Shown one piece after another: positions 25,308-37,800 of a stretch of DNA of 64,000 nt (within the stretch, counting starts at the first letter, position 1; each line of letters begins with the position of its first letter). The translations under genes and the position numbers were made by a program. The notes beneath the pieces were generated by a model. That model saw only the letters and a program-made list of their open reading frames with translations. It was not told the DNA's origin and did not search any database. The stretch lies in the NCBI RefSeq assembly GCF_009834535.1, contig NC_045698.1, forward strand, positions 3,412,001 to 3,476,000, written 5' to 3'. The stretch is from Camelus ferus. Its lineage: Eukaryota.

Positions 25308-28300
25308 CTATTTAAAAAATGATGTTCTCAGAGAAGTCTGAAATTTATTGACTTACGCCAAATAATTAAATTAAAGGAACCACGTTCAAGCTCAAAGGCT
25401 ACAGTACAACAATAATCTGGGGTCAATGTGAATTCCAATTTTGGAAACTACTTTATTACATATATTCACTGAACAATGTGAAGTCCTTTTTACTCTAGAA
25501 ACAAAAATAAAATTTTAAGACAGCTGTGAGCTTGGTACTAAAAACAAAAAAGTCATTCAGAAGGCAGAATTTGTACAGCAGAGTCTCCCATACGGGATAG
25601 TTATAAACCCAGGGACAGGGGCACAGATCACTCTATGAGTGTCACATCTGTTGAAAAGGGTACAGGCACCGTTGGAGGGGACACAGAAGATGAGGGGCCA
25701 CTGTGCTCTAGATTTAACCCACTTGACAGACTGGGCAAACGGGAGCAGAAGCACGTTACAAAATTCTAGGAAAGGCCTATTGCAACAGACCATGTCCTAG
25801 ACTGTAAGAACTCGGTCCTTACCAACAGACCGCAGCTCAGCCCTACTGCCGAGTTAAGGAAATTCTGTAATTGCATGCTGACTCTGCAAATTCTTGAAAG
25901 GGGGGGGACCAGCCACCACAGGGCCAGGCTCCTGAGAAGAAAGGCATTTCCACAGATCATGTTTTCACAACCTCTTTTTCCTGCACCAAAAGGCATGTCA
26001 TGTCCCAATGGGTGTCCTTGGGAACATTTCTTGCTCAAGTATGTGCTGTGGGAAATTGACAGAGATCAGAAATAGGAGATAAGACGGAAAAGGAAAAAAA
26101 GTCAGCGAGCTGACAAATGGTACACTCCTCCACCATGTCTTTTAATACTCCACAAATACGGAAGAACGTTCCAGAAAAAAAAAAAAAATCCAGAGGTTCT
26201 GTATAGACAACCAGGGAAAGAATGGGCCCCACCAAGCATTTCCTGGCGCAGGACCCACCGGTCAGAGAACAGGGCTTTCACCATCCACCCCTGCCCCCGG
26301 GGGTGAGTACCCAGGGGGGACATCTGGAGGTGTCCTGGGGCCGTGTCTCCACCACCCACCTGTCAGCTGCGTCTCTGTGCAGCACATTTAAAATGAACAG
26401 AGATAACTGAGATGCACAGAAGAAATGTGCCTTTCTTTCTGCTCTGAGTCTGAGTTCACCTTGTGCACAAGCTCTTGTTTTCCTTAGTTAATAGCAAGGA
26501 CCACAGAAAACTCACACACAAGCAGGATGAATTCTCAGGTCGCAGACATCACAGAGCACAGCCCACAGGCTCCCGACCTCCTGTGAGCCCTGGGCTGGGG
26601 GCCGCCGTGGGGACTCCAGGAGACGGAAGCTCACCTGCAGACCGGGGCCACCTGGACTCCGGCACATCGGGGAGTTTGCCAGACGGCCCTGGTCTGCTGC
26701 GTCACCTGTGCAGGTGCACTTGGTGAGGGCAGTTACTCTCGCTGGCCTTCCACTTCCAAGATCAGTTCTAGAAACTTGACTGTTCATTCAAGCCCGAGTG
26801 TCTGGGCTGCTGTGGCCTTTCCCCTCTCATGCTGTGAAGTGTGGGCGTGTATTTAGACTCGCTCAGCGGGTGAACCATGAGCTGCCTTCCAGGCTAGATC
26901 GTGTCCCTCCTGTTTCCTGAACTTGACCCCTCATAGTGTCCACAGTCTCTGAGCCACTCCCTTACCTGCCTCCCAGGACATTCCAGAGACAAGGCAGCTC
27001 CCCCACCTCCAAGCTGGTGCAAGAGTGAGTATAGGGTGGTTTAAGGCCGTGTCTCCTGTGACCTGTGGACAGGCTTGTGTCAGAGGACACACCGCAGTCC
27101 TGGAAGGCGGGGTCAGGCAGCAGGCGGGGCCAAGTTCCATGGTTGATGGAAGGAGGCTGACACAGGTGCTGAGTGGAGAGCCAGGCTGGGGAGAAGGGGC
27201 GTCAGGGGAGGGCGTCCTGGAGATCCTGCTGGGCCACCTGGCGCCACTCCTGAGGGTGCTCAGAGGTCTGGCCACGCTTGCCCCGAGGACGCAGCTGGGA
27301 CGAAGCCCCTGCAGAGTGGTGTGCTCTGGTGGCAAGAGTGATGTCACTGACCAGTGATGCAACTGTCAAGAAGACGTGTGAAGTCACTGTCTGCTAGGAC
27401 CATGGCCTGGCTTGGAGGCCCTCCTCCCACTGGACCCCCTAGTCTGCTCTGTGGGTGGCCGGAGCAGCAGGTGCTCTCCCATCCTGTGGGGCCAGGTGGC
27501 TACCTGCCTGCTCACTCCGGGCAGCGGTGGGTCTACCTACAAAACGCACACACAGTCTGGAAGGATGTGGGTGGAAGGGCAAATTCAGTCCCCATTCAGG
27601 CACCTTTATTACTGGCAATAAATGGAACTTCCTTGATACAGACAAGATTGCAAAACTCATTGTCAAGTGGCTTGAAATAGAGACCATGAGAGGACAGGAA
27701 CGTTAAGGGCCCTGGGTCAAGGACAGTCAGGGATTCCTCTGTCTCCTCAAATTCAACAGTATCAGATTACCTGACATCTGGCTGCCTGGGGAGGGCTGGA
27801 ACGATCCCGGGGATGGAGGAGAGGTGCCTAGGGCTCCGGCAGGCTTGTGAGTACCAGCTGGATGGACCTCACCATCCAGCAGTGATGGTGAGTGGGAGTC
27901 AGAGGTCGACAGGGAAGAAAGGAGGGCTGAGGGAGGCCAAGCAGGGGCTGCTTTGGGGGAACCTGACCAGACCAGGGTCAGGGAGGATGGGAACAGGCTG
28001 AGAGTTAAGGCAAATGATTTAGACTTGAGCCTGGGAGTCACCAGTCAGAAGCCTGGTGTTCCGATGGTAGTCATGTGTGCAGGGACTGGAGGCCAGCTAA
28101 AGGGTCTGGGTGAGACCACAGACACCCTCAGCGCTTAGCTCCTCTCACTGCCCTCAGCTAGAAGCTACGGCTGGGTAGCTTTCTCCCCGGTAAAGACAGT
28201 CCTCTCTTTTTACTGCCTCTCTCTTATCCCAAAGCTTATCACACACACATTTCCTTCACTTTGGAGCAAATTCTAGGACGGACATCCTCCTTTCCATGGG

Positions 28301-31300
28301 CTTCTAAGGAAACAGGTTAACCTGCACTGGCTGGGAAAGCGTAATCAAGTTTCTGTCCAGATCCTTATGAGCATGACAGGTGGCGGGACTGGCCAGGGCT
28401 TCCTGCCGACCGCATCCATGCTGCTGTGGACCCTTTGACTTGGTGCCACGCTGGTGGCTGAATCTAGGGAGGGAGACTTTATTACAGCAGTGCAGACGTA
28501 TCTTCTTGTAGGACTGTGAGCCCCAGTGTGTTGGCACTTGTATCAGAAACCCCCCATGGTGCTCAGAGCAGGAAGCAGACAACGGAAGGAGGAGAAGTTG
28601 GAGTCAGCGTAGGAACAGCCCAACCACCACTTCTTCAAAATCGCACAGCATCTCAAAGGGCAGAAACCGCCCCTTCGCGGCTGCCCTCTCCATCGGCCAC
28701 CCGGCTCTCCTGTCAGCTGTGCCCCGGGCTCCGGTCTTCCGACGGGCCTTTGCTCTTAGCTTCCCCCTGTGTGCGCTCCTCCTCAGGCCCAGAGCCACGG
28801 CTGTCTCTCGGCTTTGGCACAGAAACCTTGCTCCATACCCTTATTGGTTAAAGCATTAAAGCGTTTTAAAGATTCCAAAGAGATTACTCCTGGTCCAGCG
28901 ACACGGGAGGGAATGCATTTTGTGTACTGAGAAGAAGAGGTCAGGTAACGTTGCCCCAGCCGAGACACAGTATATGGGAAGGTCCCGGAGGTGAGGACGA
29001 GCATGAAAGTCACGTCAAAATACCGTCTTCTTCCTGTCAGCCCTCAAGCCAAAGATGGAACAGTCCTCCAGTGGCTGTCACATCACATATATATTCTTCC
29101 AAATTAAAAACCCTCTATAATCATAGAAAAGTATCAACTGCTACATTTACCTTCTCAAACTTCCTTTACAACATTATCTATGTAAAGCAACGCACATACA
29201 TATTAAGGACAGATATTTACACATCCACACACATGAAATGTAAATTCGGTGAAAATATTTAAAATATTGAAATTTTCCACTGTGGGGGTCTCGATTTCTT
29301 CACAACTATTAAAATAGCTGTTCTTTCATATTTTATTTTACATAAACTGTTCAAAGCTGCCTTGATCTGACGTCCGCGTGGCCCAGCTCTGAGCACTGGC
29401 GTCCCCTTGCCAGGTGCCCCCTGAGGTCCATCAGCCCCTGAAGATCTTTTCCTGGAATCTGATCATCCTTTCTGTCCTTCCAGTCCATGTCTGCCCCAAG
29501 CATGACAAAGAAGAAATCCAAATCATTTAATATGTGGCAGACTTTGAATAGAAAGGCTTAAATCTGCTTCGTGTTCTAAAACACCATGTTTCAGATTTTC
29601 CTCTCTGAGCTAACTGCCGAGCCTATGGATGAGGGAAAAGGCCCTGAGATTAGATGTCCACAGCTAATAAGCGTTCCACCTGGAGGACAGCTTCGCCCAT
29701 GCCAGCTGCTCTGTCTCTGGGCAGGAAAACAGTGTCATTCTTCCAACAATTTGCATGCTGAAATCTTGTACTTTCCGCGTATGACTAGGGCAGTTTGGAG
29801 TGTTTCAGGACAGGCTGGAAGATAGCAGATCTTCTATTGCTGTCCAGGAGAGCAAGACTCATGGTTTTTTCCTGAGGTTTATTAACGGTAAAAGGAAACC
29901 TGAATGATGGTCTGTTCCATCATCCAGGCAACTAACAGGTATCGAACCCTGTGGCGTGCTGGCTACTCTGAGAGGGAGAGACGGCAGGGAGCAAGGCCTT
30001 CCGGGGGAAGGTGCTTCATCAACACGGCGCCCAGCAAATGCAGGATGAGATACCGGGCAGAGCGAGAGGGGCAGAGAACAAAGCCGGATAAACAGGGAGG
30101 ACGCGAGGCCCTGTTCTGGGAAAGGCGTCAGCGAGCAAACCTTCCGGCGTGAAAGGATCGGAGAATAGGAGGATGATGTTCCCCCAGACTGAGCAATGGT
30201 GCTGTTTCCTACAAAGGGGCTCTTCTGTGTCTAAATTCATGCTTCACAGTCAGAATGTCTGTCCCTGCTAAGAGGGACCTGTCAAAGGTTTGAGGCAGAT
30301 AAGAGTCTGAAAAAGCATAACCTGCATTTCCATCAATTCAATTTGCCTTCATTATTATACACGTAGTTCACTTCCAGGTACCAACTTGTGTTGAAGGAAG
30401 CTCTCAGATTTGTATACTTACCGCACTGGGTGTGGCTTAAAGCCTTCAGAGGCACTCGCCAAATTCATCAGTTCTCTTGAGGGAACGGGTAGAGAAAGTC
30501 GGGGACTGAGAAGCTTTTATTTGTATTATTAAAAAGTAAAAATTGCGATCTCAAGTTTCCCAGAGATGTGATGGCTTAGTTGTCAGGGATCGGTGGAAAC
30601 TTTTGCAGTTTAGTGATTTTACAGCCCCATAGCAAATTTTGTTCATAAAAGCAGCCTTAATAATGCCACGATAAACACTCTGGTGTCTGTAAACCAGTAG
30701 CATGTGGTATTATTCGGAATTTTGTCATTTGGGAACTGGAATTTTTTTTCATCTCCTGGAGATAGAAGGAGACAGCTGAACACGAACGGCTCAATACGGA
30801 GTCGTGATGTTAACTTCTTGCCCGTGGCTCGGTTTCCCATTTGAATCTGACCCAGAGCACGAAGGGCAGCACAAACTGGTATTTGCAACATTGTAGACAA
30901 GATCCTTTATCTCTGAAAATCTACCCAGACTTTTCCCAGATACTTTTGCAAAGAGAAAGACTAGGTTCTCTTCCCCTCATAATTTTTGTGATTGAGTTGG
31001 GCAGTTTTTGCACTTATCCAAGTATTTACAAATGAGATGTGATATGGAAAAAATGAATCCAATTTGTCACATCAGATTTGCTGGGCAGTTCTTGGTCTCG
31101 GGTCTGCGAAATGCTGAGCTCTGTTCAAGAGATGTAATCTTTATTCTGCAAGGATCAGTGCAACTATTTCCCATGTAAACCAACTGGATTTGGAAGCAAC
31201 ATTTAAAGCGAAGGAAATCTTGACCGTCATACGGAATTCAGTCTTTACTGATGATACCGCCAACTATTTTTTCCATTTGTTTTATTTTTTTCAAAATAAT

Positions 31301-33039
31301 TTGTGCTTCTTTTCATTTAAGTGCAATAAAATCCATTTAAGTTAAAGTGCTGTTGGTCTTATCTATCAATTTCTGCACTCCAGGCATTATTCTAAGTTCT
31401 CTATAAATATTAACTTACTCTGTCCTCAAGTTGACCTTCTGGAGTAGCTTCTGTTTTTACCACATCCATTACACAGGTGGGAAAATGAAGTCTCCTGGAA
31501 GACAGGCATTCTCCATTTTATTATTTTACCTGACAAATATTTTAATTTTATTTTACATTAATTTAATAATTAAGTCAGTAATTCAGTTTTCCTTTGCAGT
31601 GCGTGTGTGCATTTAAGAGTACATGATTGAATTTTGCTTCCAAAACAAAGTCTAAGACTTTGTTTTATAATAAGCAAGTTTAATCTAGTGTGTACCGAGA
31701 ATTTTTTTACATCTTCTATTGTCACACACTATGCCTTCTGATTTTCACTTTTCTGTTGCTATTCTCTGGGCTTTTTTCTGTTTACTCAAATCTCTCTAAT
31801 TCTCTCTTCTCATGAATTCTTGTAATTTTTAACACCAGTATTTACTTCCAACTTTTCAAAAGGATTTTAGCTTAATCCTCTGATATTCAAAGTTACGAAG
31901 AAAACAGTACATGTTAATACCCTCATCTGCAGAACAGAATGTTTATTAATCTCATTTAGTCAAACATTCACATGCAAATACGCTTCCCTTTTCAATAATG
32001 GTCTTTGTTATTTTGCAAGGTCAGCAGCTGCCTAAATTCTCAGTTTACCTATTTCAGTGTTAAACACTACTCAGGTAATATCGGATCTCCAAATAGTAAA
32101 CGCGTAAGTATCTAGATCTTTCCAAAGCTTAAAAAAATCTGTATTCTTATGAGTTTCCAGGCAACATTAATGACTAAGTGCACAGCCAGCCACATCTTGA
32201 AAGTATACAAGGACAAAGATACGTGATGGGTCTGTGGGATCCAGGCTGAAGAGCCAAGCAGGCTATCAAGAAAATACGACTGAATTTGCCCCCGGGCTTC
32301 TCTCCGCTGCAGGAGCAAACACCAGCTCACAACCCAGCACGTGTGAAAGGAAAACAAATGCTGTGGTTTGGACATCCTCTTCCAAGTCAACTTTGTCATA
32401 ACGTGGGGGAACAGAAATACCTTGTGAAACGTGCGCTGTTGGCCCGGTGTCCCTCCCAATGACGGTCGGACTTGAGTTCAAATTCTTCCATTGCCTTCCC
32501 TGGGGACACTCGCTCCACAATGGCCTCCCATCCTTGTGGTGGTGTCAGGGGGACCTAGCGGGGTGCAGGGATTCTGTGCTGAGAGTTTAGATGACTGCCC
32601 CCAGCCCGCACACACGCGCAGCCACCGCTGTCACTCTGGTTGGGTGAGTGAGGAACTGAGGCCCAGAGCACTAGGTCAGCTGGAAAGAGCCTGAGGGAGG
32701 GTCTCAACCCAACAGTAAGGACAAAGGGTGATCCTGGGTGTGGAAGGAGGAAGCAGAAACAGCCCCTTGTGGACTGACTGCGTGATTAATATTGAAAGAT
32801 AAAGGGAATTGGGGGAAAATAAGGGAGACATTGGAAAAGAAGAAAACTGACTTTTATAAAAAGGGAGCAAGCGAGGAGAGCCATGGGGAGGTGAGGTGCC
32901 TACTGCAGGTGCTGCGCTCGGAGGGGCCCAGGCCCGGCACAGAGATGACCGGCACCTGCCCACAGGCGACCCTGGGCCCCTGCCTGGATGCACAGCGCGC
33001 CTGGTCGCTACGCCTCCTGTGCTGCTCTCTGGACCAGTC

Positions 33040-33263
33040 AAATAAAATAGATAAACAGCGAGGACCTACTGTGGAGCACAGGAAACTACATCCAATTTCT
33101 TGTAATAACATATAATGGAAAAGAAACTGAAAAGGAAACACATATGTGTTTGTATGCAGATAACTGAGTCACTTTGCTGCACACCTGAAACTAACATCAT
33201 AATCAACTACCTCAACAAAGAAATTTTTTAAATAAAGAAGGCAAAAAAAAAACCCAAAAAAAA
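33040..33263 (+). mobile_element. Cetartiodactyl-type L1 3' UTR fragment with A-rich tail
   Basis: 'aaaatagataaacagcgaggacctactgtggagcacaggaaactacatcc...ataactgagtcactttgctgcacacctgaaactaaca...aatcaactac' followed by A tracts. Confidence 0.85.
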
Positions 33264-34969
33264 GGTGGCGGACTGATGCTCGCCACTCTGCGATGAGGAA
33301 GCAGCACTCCCAGGGGAGGGGCACCTGGGGGCCTTCAAAGCGGTTTGACGGGGCCTCTTCCTAGCACTTAAACCAAGGAACTTTAAAAAGGCTTGTATAT
33401 TGTATGCCTACTTCATTTCATTGCTCTAGTAGTCCTTATTTTATTAAAATATAAAATTCTTATTTGTATTAAAAATGGCATCTGACACATTTTAGGAAGA
33501 AAAAAGAGGCTTGTCACCTCATCTTGTCTGAAAAGCTGAGTTCTGGATGCCAACTCTCTTCTCTGTCCGTGCCTCCTCCAGACTCACAACCCCCAGTGAC
33601 CGTGCCACAGGCTTTCCTTCACAGCGACGCAGTCCGTCAACTGCACACATTCAACAACAAGAAATTCCTGGAAATCAGAGTGTTTCTGAACTGGATCCTC
33701 AGGTTCCCCCGCTGTGGGGGGCTGCCTGTCCCCCTCTCCCACCGGGCTGAAGGAGGCTCTGGGAGGCACCGCACCCCTGGGCTCCATCCCTCTGCATGGC
33801 AGGCGCCCCCTCCCCCCGCCCCCAGCAGGCGTGACACAGGACTGGTGATTTTGGAAGAAGAAACAGGCGCCATCGTCCCTCCCCTCCTCCTCCCTCCTGG
33901 GAGCTGCCCGCCCCTCAAGGGCAGGTCCCCTTAATTCTGCCTGACCCTGAGGCAGCACAGAGGTGCAGCACCTTCAAAAGGGGGTGGCCTGGAAGGTCAA
34001 AACTTAGGGCAGAGTAAACCCAATGTCTGGGAACACTGAGAATCAAAGTAGGTGTCAGCTGTGGAGCAAGGTGTCCACTCAGAGAGGGTCTGGGCAGGGC
34101 TTGGGGCCTGTACTTTAGTGTCTGGTGGGTTTGAGGGCCTTTCAGGAGGAGCAGGTGTTCTGGGGAGTCCTCTCTATCTATTGCACCAGGGCCAACTCAC
34201 GTTTCACTGTGGGAGCAACAACAAGAGCTGTTAGGCTGCAGGCTCCCTCCTACCCAGACTTCAGGGGACAGCTACAGCTCGGGGGACCCTTCCCACAGGT
34301 CCGCAGAGTCTGTGAAGGGAGACCTGAGCCTGGGGCGAAGGTGGGAGGTGCTCGGCCCGGAGTAGACCATGGGCACCAGAATGACGGCACCGGGCAGGGG
34401 CCGCGCAGCCGAGCCAACGTGGCCACGGCAAGGACGCCGTTGTCACTGTGTCTCCATCAGAAAAGACTGGAGGGGAGATTCCAGGAGGCAAACCAGGGAG
34501 GTGCCTCCTGGAAGCAGGAGCCAGGAAACCACTGAGAAGCACAGAAGCACCCAAAAGTCTTCATTGGTGATTTTTTTTTCTGTATGAAATTCATTCTGGT
34601 GTCTTTTCTTGCCTCCCAGATTCTCCCAGAACTTTCTAGCCTCTGTCAGGTCATCACACCACAGATATCCCCCTACTCCACCCTCCCTGCTCATCAAGAT
34701 TTCATTTTTCTAATTGTTTATCGACTCAAGATAGTGAGTGGTGGATGCAAACCATCAGCTCAACATGATGGGCGTTTCATTAAGGTAAAGACATTCGATT
34801 TAGGAAACAGTCCTAATTTTGAGATAATGTACTTACCGTATTTCATCTTAGGAAGAGGGGAGGCTGGGAAACCCATGTAGGGTTTCTTCTGGAATTTTAT
34901 TTGCAAATTTTCCCAGCCCATAAAATCTGAAACCCTGCCCTGCATTCATGACTGTCTGTCCTAGTCACT

Positions 34970-35135
34970 GAAGTTCTTCCTTAAAATATCTTGATTCCCC
35001 TCTAATTGTCTTCCTCTGTGCACACTGCCTAATTTCCAGCTTCTGCCAGTCCTATTTCTTAGCTGAACTTCTCTGTCCATTTTTCCACAACCCCACTGTC
35101 ACCATGCTGGTAGAGGCCACCATCATCTCACCTGC
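34970..35135 (+). mobile_element. L2 fragment
   Basis: 'ccccactgtcaccatgctggtagaggccaccatcatctcacctg' resembles L2 'ccactgccaccaccctagtccaagccaccatcatctctcacctg'. Confidence 0.55.
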
Positions 35136-35594
35136 TTTCTGGTAAATGAGCCTACATTTGTCTTGCGACATCCTTGGCGTCTACCATCCATTCCCCTGCT
35201 CTGACCCTGGGACGCTCTCCGCCAGTTCCTTCAAAATCACACCATGTCCTCCTCATCCGGATGGTCCGTTCAGAGGACTCAGATGAGCAGCCCACAGGAG
35301 GAGAGGCAGGCAGTAGACAGCACATGTGAGGTGAGCTCCAGAGGCAGAGATGGAAGACACTGGCAGTGAACACTGGGAATAAAAACCTCACTGAGGCACC
35401 AGCTCAGCAGCAGAGCAGAGGTGTGCTTGCCCAAAGCTCATTAGAGAGGGGAGTCAGACCCCGGCCAGGAGAACCAACAGAACTTGTCGGACGAGGGTCA
35501 CAGGCCACAGTGACGGCTACCGCCCAGGGCACAGGTGCTCCCAGCCGTCCAACCGCCAGCAGCGCCAAGTAGGAAATGTTCTGATGCACGCAGA

Positions 35595-35850
35595 GTGTGC
35601 TAGCTGGGGCTGCGGTGATGGGCGGCTTGAACAGCAGAAACGCATGGTCTCACGTGTCATCGATGTATCGTCTGCAGTCCTGGATCAAGGTGTCGATGGG
35701 GCTGGTTCCTTCTGAGGCTGTGGGGGACACCCTGTTGCGTGCTCTTTTCCCTGGCTTCTAGGCGTTGTGGACAACCTCTGGCGTTCCTTGGCTTGTGGAG
35801 ACATCGTCCGCTCTCTGCCGTCGTGTGGCCTGGCCCTCTCCCTGTGAGCA
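35595..35850 (-). mobile_element. MaLR LTR (MLT1B/C-like) fragment
   Basis: 'ggcttgaacagcagaaa...tctcac...gatcaaggtgtc...gggctggttccttctgaggctg...ggcgttccttggcttgtgga' is the typical reverse MLT1 sequence. Confidence 0.8.
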
Positions 35851-35859
35851 CGTCCCCTC

Positions 35860-36020
35860 CAGAACCCCCGACAGCACGCAGGAGCACTCCCAGCCGGGCC
35901 CAGCAGGCCCGTCCGCACCTCCAGGCAACCAGCCAGCACACGGGCCCACAAACAAGAAGAAATGGTTCTCATTGTAAGTTATGGGGTATTTTCTTGGGCA
36001 GCAATAGCTAAGGGATACGT
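35860..36020 (+). mobile_element. MaLR (MLT1-type) LTR 3' end
   Basis: 'taagttatggggtattttcttgggcagcaatagctaagggatac' resembles the MLT1 terminus 'taagttttggggtaatttgttacgcagcaatagataactaataca'. Confidence 0.55.
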
Positions 36021-36272
36021 CAACTTTCAACATCTACCTGTGTGCTCATTGGAAGAAAACACGTTCAGCAGAAGCCAGTGTGGTTCTGGACCAGATGACA
36101 CGGGGCACAAATGTTGAGTCTAATGAACAAAGGTTTCCAAGTGAAGGGTCTTCTGACACCGGTTACCTTATGAACAGCTTCAGCACCTGGCGGGGGGGGG
36201 GGTAGGTCAGAGGCCTTGGTGCGGAGGGGTGTTGATTACCAGTGATACTAATAACCAACAGTTAATGGACGC

Positions 36273-36451
36273 TGTGAGTGAGAAGTACTGCCTGCCATGC
36301 TGGAGCTGCAAACTCCTGTGTGTCCTGGCTCCCCCCTGCCTCTTAGGAGCCGTCCCTCAGAGCGACCTGAGAGGCTGTCATCCCACGCTTAAGTCCTCAG
36401 AAATGTCCACCGAATAAAACTTTTAGGTTGTGCATTTTTTTTCAGTTGACA
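36273..36451 (+). mobile_element. Short, internally deleted ERV1 solo LTR (MER41-like 3' end)
   Basis: Starts TGTGAG and ends 'gaataaaacttttaggttgtgcattttttttcagttgaCA'. It contains 'cctggctcccccctgcctc' and 'ctgagaggctgtc', which I recall from laurasiatherian MER41-like LTRs. Only 179 bp. Confidence 0.65.
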
Positions 36452-37209
36452 ATACTAATGATTGTAATACATCTACTATAATAAATATTACTTTAACACT
36501 GAATTATTAATATTTTATATAATGATTTTTTTTTTGGAGCTAAATCTCTGTGTGTTTAACCATAAGGGGAAAGGAGCTTATAAAAGTCACACTCTGAATT
36601 CAAGAATCCAGTGTGGTCTGCCCTCCTTGGTTCCCAGTCTTTCTTCTTTCTTTTTCTAAAAAGAGTGAAGTTGCAAAGAGGAGAGATCCAGATTCTAGAG
36701 TGTACCCAGAACAGAACCAGCACCACAGTCAGTGAGCTGAGCTGTCTGGGTTGGTTTAGGGCTGAAGGACACCGGGGCCCGCAGGTCAAGGCCGTGGAAC
36801 CCTGTTGGCCCCAGGAGCTGAGATGCTCAGTTTCAGCCAGGACCCTCTGGGATCTTGAGGAAACAAAGGGAATGTGTGATGCCTGGCCAACAATTTTGAA
36901 AGAACTTTCTTCCATGTTCGCCTGATCCCTCAAGTTGTACTACATCAGGCTTCACCACAGGTTCTAATGTCACATAATCCACAAGACACATTGCCCAGTC
37001 CTAACCTTTCCCTTTGGGAATTCAAAGTTCCCTGCATCAAAAAAAATTTTTTTTTCTTGTTTCTTTATATGGTGTTTCACACTGCAGAGGTACTCTTTCT
37101 ACCTTTAAGCAGATAAACCCCTTGTTGGAAAGTGGGGCCTGGCCCGGTCTGACCTCATGGGTCAAGGGACATGCTCTTACCCCACCCATCTAGGGAGCTA
37201 ATTATATGT

Positions 37210-37800
37210 CAAGGCTGTCACCTGTGTCTCTGAACCATCATGGATGGGAGATTCCTACAGCCCCTCCTTGGGTTCCATTAACTTGCTAGCGCAGCTCACA
37301 GAGCTCAGAGAAACATTGCACCTAACAGATTACTGGTTTATTATAAAAAGATATAATTCAGGAACAGCCAAACAAAAGAGATGCTTAGGGCAAGGTGTGG
37401 GCAAGGGTGTGGGGTTTCCGTGCCCTCTCCCGGCACCCGCTCCCCCAGTCTCTGCCTGTTCACCAACCTGGAAGCGCTCTGAGTCCGGTCCTCGCGGGTT
37501 TTTAAGGAGGCTCCATTACACAGGCATGTCTGACCATGTCATCAGCCACTGGTGCCTGACGCAACCTCCAGCCCCCTTCCCTCCCTGGAGGTCAGGGGGT
37601 GAGAACGAAAGCCTCAACCCTCTAATCACAGGGTTGGGTCCCCTGGCACCTGGCCTCATACTTGGTGCAAAGTCACCTCATTAACATCACAAAAGACACC
37701 TTTATTGCTCTCAGCACGCAGGTAATTCCAACAGTTTGGGAGCTCGCGCCAGAAATCAGAGGAAGACCAAATATGTGGATCTAGTTGTAAATCACAAATC
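37210..37800 (-). mobile_element. MER21-like LTR
   Basis: 'cccctccttgggttccattaacttgctagcgcagctcacagagctcagagaaaca...ggtttattataaaaagatataattcaggaacagcca...ttcaccaacctggaagc...gtcacctcattaacatcacaaaagacac' is the characteristic reverse MER21-family sequence. Confidence 0.8.

Noticed and set aside
30240..32100. AT-rich block as possible transposase remnant or conserved non-coding element
   Set aside because: I could not recognise protein motifs or terminal repeats, and conservation cannot be judged without alignments.
36262..36297. Peptide LMDAVSEKYCLP resembling grainyhead-like LMEAISEKYGLP
   Set aside because: Only 12 aa, straddling the start of an LTR remnant, with no flanking similarity or splice sites. 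Treated as coincidence.
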